DNA from: Bugula neritina
Lineage: Eukaryota > Animalia > Bryozoa
Reading direction: 5' to 3'
Assembly: GCA_964035545.1 (NCBI GenBank)
Contig: OZ037768.1
Span: forward strand, 3,566,741-3,630,740
DNA length: 64,000 nt
A program made the position numbers and the translations under genes. The notes under the pieces are model-generated. The model was not told the DNA's origin. It was given only the letters and a program-made list of their open reading frames with translations, and did no database searches. Shown here piece by piece: positions 61,301 to 64,000 of this stretch (its first letter is position 1; every line of letters starts with the position of its first letter).

Positions 61301-62926
61301 TCTTCCTATAGTCTATACTATCTTCCGATAGTCTATACTATCTTCCTATAGTCTATACCATCTTCTTATAGTCTATACTATCTTCCGATAGGCTATACTA
61401 TCTTCCTATAATCTATACTATCTTCCTATAGTCTATACCATCTTCCGATAGTCTATACCATCTTCCGATAGTCTATACTATCTTCCGATAGTCTATACTA
61501 TCTTCCGATAGTCTATACCATCTTCCTATAGTCTATACTATCTTCCTATAGTCTATACTATCTTCCTATAGTCTATACTATCTTCCTATAGTCTATACTA
61601 TCTTCCTATAGTCTATACCATCTTCCTATAGTCTACACTATCTTCCTATAGTCTACACTATCTTCCTATAGTCTACACTATCTTCCTATAGTCTACACTA
61701 TCTTCATATAGTCTACACTATCTTCATATAGTCTATCAAGGATATAAGAGAATGAATTCTATGACTCACCGGGCCCAGGAATCCAATTAGCCCAGTTCTG
61801 ACGTAATATTTATCATTAACCACCTTCCCATCCTCCAGTGGTTGTACCTGCAACACATTAGTTTGAAGTACACACCCACTTATCTTAGATTTGAGATATA
61901 GCATATGTAGGTTTAAATGAAATCTAACAACATCAATATTACAGTGAGATAAAAGGCTAAATGGTTAAATATTGTACAAGAATTGTGTAATCGCTACTGC
62001 TATATAATCATCATACGCTCACTGTCTTATATGTACGGTACAGCCAGTAATATCTAAGTAGTAGCAGACAACTCCTGCTACAGATAACCTGCTAAATACT
62101 TGCACAGAGCTAGCATAAACCAGCCTGATGTTGTGTGAACAACAATGAGTTGAGTTGCAAAGGGTTCAGTAATTAGAATCAAGAATTCAATTAAGGTCAC
62201 TGATAGCGTAAAGCACACAGCAGGCTAATTATAGCTGAAAACACAATATATTGGATAGCAAGGGATTGGTTCATTTATAACAAAGTTTCACTATAATAAT
62301 AGAGCAGTTAGTAAGACAATACACCAATAACAGTTGTTCTTTGACACTATTATTGAAGCTTGCATTCTTCCAATAACATCCGCCTCCAAATCCACCTTAT
62401 ATAAGCACACACTGCAGACATAACTCACCCTGAACACGTTAGCCGAGACTCCCTTCAGGCCCCAGTATGACACTCCAACATATGCGGAGGAGATGCACAG
62501 CTCCCCGACTTCATCAGTCTTACATAAAATAGGATCTCCTTCTACTTTGACTACCACCATGTTGGCTACAAACACAACATAACTTACTTTGAAATACTCA
62601 CTAGAATGTGACTGCATTTACAAGGCTGCAAGTTCAGCATATTAAACATAATATTCCCACTTCATTGAGAGAGGATATTCCAATCCGGTAACACTAGCAG
62701 GAGTTGTCCTCTATCTGAGACAACAGTGAATACAGAATATAGCCTAGGAGCTGATGAGTGAAATGAATGCTGGTAAGAACGCGTACCTCCAGGCAGCACC
62801 TGGCCACAGTCCTGCAGTGTGAGAGACATAAGGCTATTCTCGTCCTCCACCCTCACCACCCCGTAACTGAGTCCTTGCATCGAGAGAACTCCTCTACCGG
62901 TCTGATTGCCTCCTTTTCTGCCAGGT
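55388..62926 (-). CDS. DIP2: disco-interacting protein 2 homolog, 3' portion (AMP-binding domains); continues beyond the window
   Basis: Exons encode LSMQGLSYGVVRV, LCKTDEVGELC, RTGLIGFLGP, RRHNTDDIIATVLAVEP, IAVFS..ERICIVAEQRPD, HPANVLMCPHTC, CYLDFSVSTTGMLAGIK, CLDPYSGL, GQCADSHLGEIWV, LRGLRYHPIDIE, VIPINSRGEKQRMHLRDGF..LDPIYVAYNM, all characteristic of DIP2. Confidence 0.96.
61281..61736. repeat. 20-bp minisatellite TCTTCCTATAGTCTATACTA, ~23 copies (DIP2 intron)
   Basis: Fills most of the intron; each unit holds the near-palindrome TATAG-T-CTATA. Confidence 0.96.
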
Positions 62927-64000
62927 CTGAGAGAAACAGAATGACAGCGTGGTGAGTAATACATGTGCTGCCTTACTTTATATCAACAGTTCGCTAGAGG
63001 TAACTATAGTGATACAGTATTATGTCCTTATATGGCCATAGAAGCAGAGAAAAACTGCAGTAAAAAGGAGGGTAAATGTTCGTTTCACTTGTAAAGGGCA
63101 TACTCATGGTAACCAGTGTGTATTGCAGAATTAAGTTCAGTTGTTTGCCTGACTGACAATCATTTCATTCATTGAAACCAATAGTGTGTTCAGTTTATAC
63201 AGAGCATCGTGTGCAGAGTAAAGCTAAGTTTCTTATTGGTTGAAAATAAAGTTTGGGACGTTTTCAATTTACTGAGTGGGTGGATAACTTCCTTTTTTGT
63301 CGGTAATCGCTACTACAACTATACTAGCATTTAGATTTACATGCTAGTATAGTTGCAAGCCAAAGTGAAATGTGTTTGAAATGCGGTAAATAAAACCAGC
63401 TAAGCCCGAAGGTACAGTATGCATAGATATCTTAATTTAATTTTCGTAAATAAAAGTAGTTGAATACGCAAAGTCAGGCTGTACTGACACGTACAGGTGA
63501 AGAATACAACACACAGGTATAACTACGACTAACAGTGTCTGTGCAGTGAAGAATCAAAGTGAATATTAGAAAGTGAAGAAGTAAAGGGAGATAACTCTAA
63601 AGTATGTGGATAACAAACACATTTGAAACGAAAATTTATATTAAGGAATCCAAACAAAGTTAAAGATGAAATAAACAAGAAAATTAACGTAGAGTAAAAA
63701 CTTGGGGCTATTCAACTGGCTAACCGCTTATCCATAATTATCTTAATCTCAACTAGAGAGGAGATAAGCGACCAAACTTGTTACAAAATAATGTAAAATA
63801 TAAAAGAAATATAAAATTTTAGGAACAACAGGAAAGAAAGTAAACAGAAGTGTGAGATGCTGAATACTTACTGGCTACGCGCTCTAAAATTGATCAAACA
63901 ACGTAAATATTCATATTCTAAGGAAACTATAAAAGAATAAGAAAGTAAAAGGCATTGCTAGCACCATATCCAGCATGTCTACTACCCAACTTCCTGCCAC

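Overview
AT-rich, intron-rich animal (invertebrate-type) genomic DNA, not prokaryotic. I assembled six spliced protein-coding loci by hand from splice sites and reading-frame phases. They are: (1) a C21orf58/DUF4587-like gene (+, 18 exons, ~591 aa); (2) a weakly supported orphan gene with a decayed 3' end (-, ~18.9-24.5 kb); (3) a disordered, tyrosine-motif-rich Gab/DOS/FRS2-type docking protein with no intact PH/PTB domain visible (+, ~531 aa); (4) a charged, disordered nuclear-type protein with a CCDC9-like C-terminal coiled coil (-, ~555 aa); (5) MELK (+, 13 exons, ~676 aa), head-to-head with gene 4; (6) the 3' part of DIP2 (-). Repeats include four copies of a tRNA-derived V-domain-like SINE, a TA-flanked 1.3 kb MITE, and many mini- and microsatellites. 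The most unusual observations concern splicing: a ~65-copy minisatellite built from a real exon end plus its 5' splice site, a second donor-containing minisatellite in the same gene, candidate 12-nt and 48-nt cassette exons in DIP2, and a terminal DIP2 intron that switches the C-terminus. MELK also has HCD in place of HRD in its catalytic loop. No CRISPR, rRNA or true tRNA gene was found. All family assignments come from recalled motifs, not database searches.
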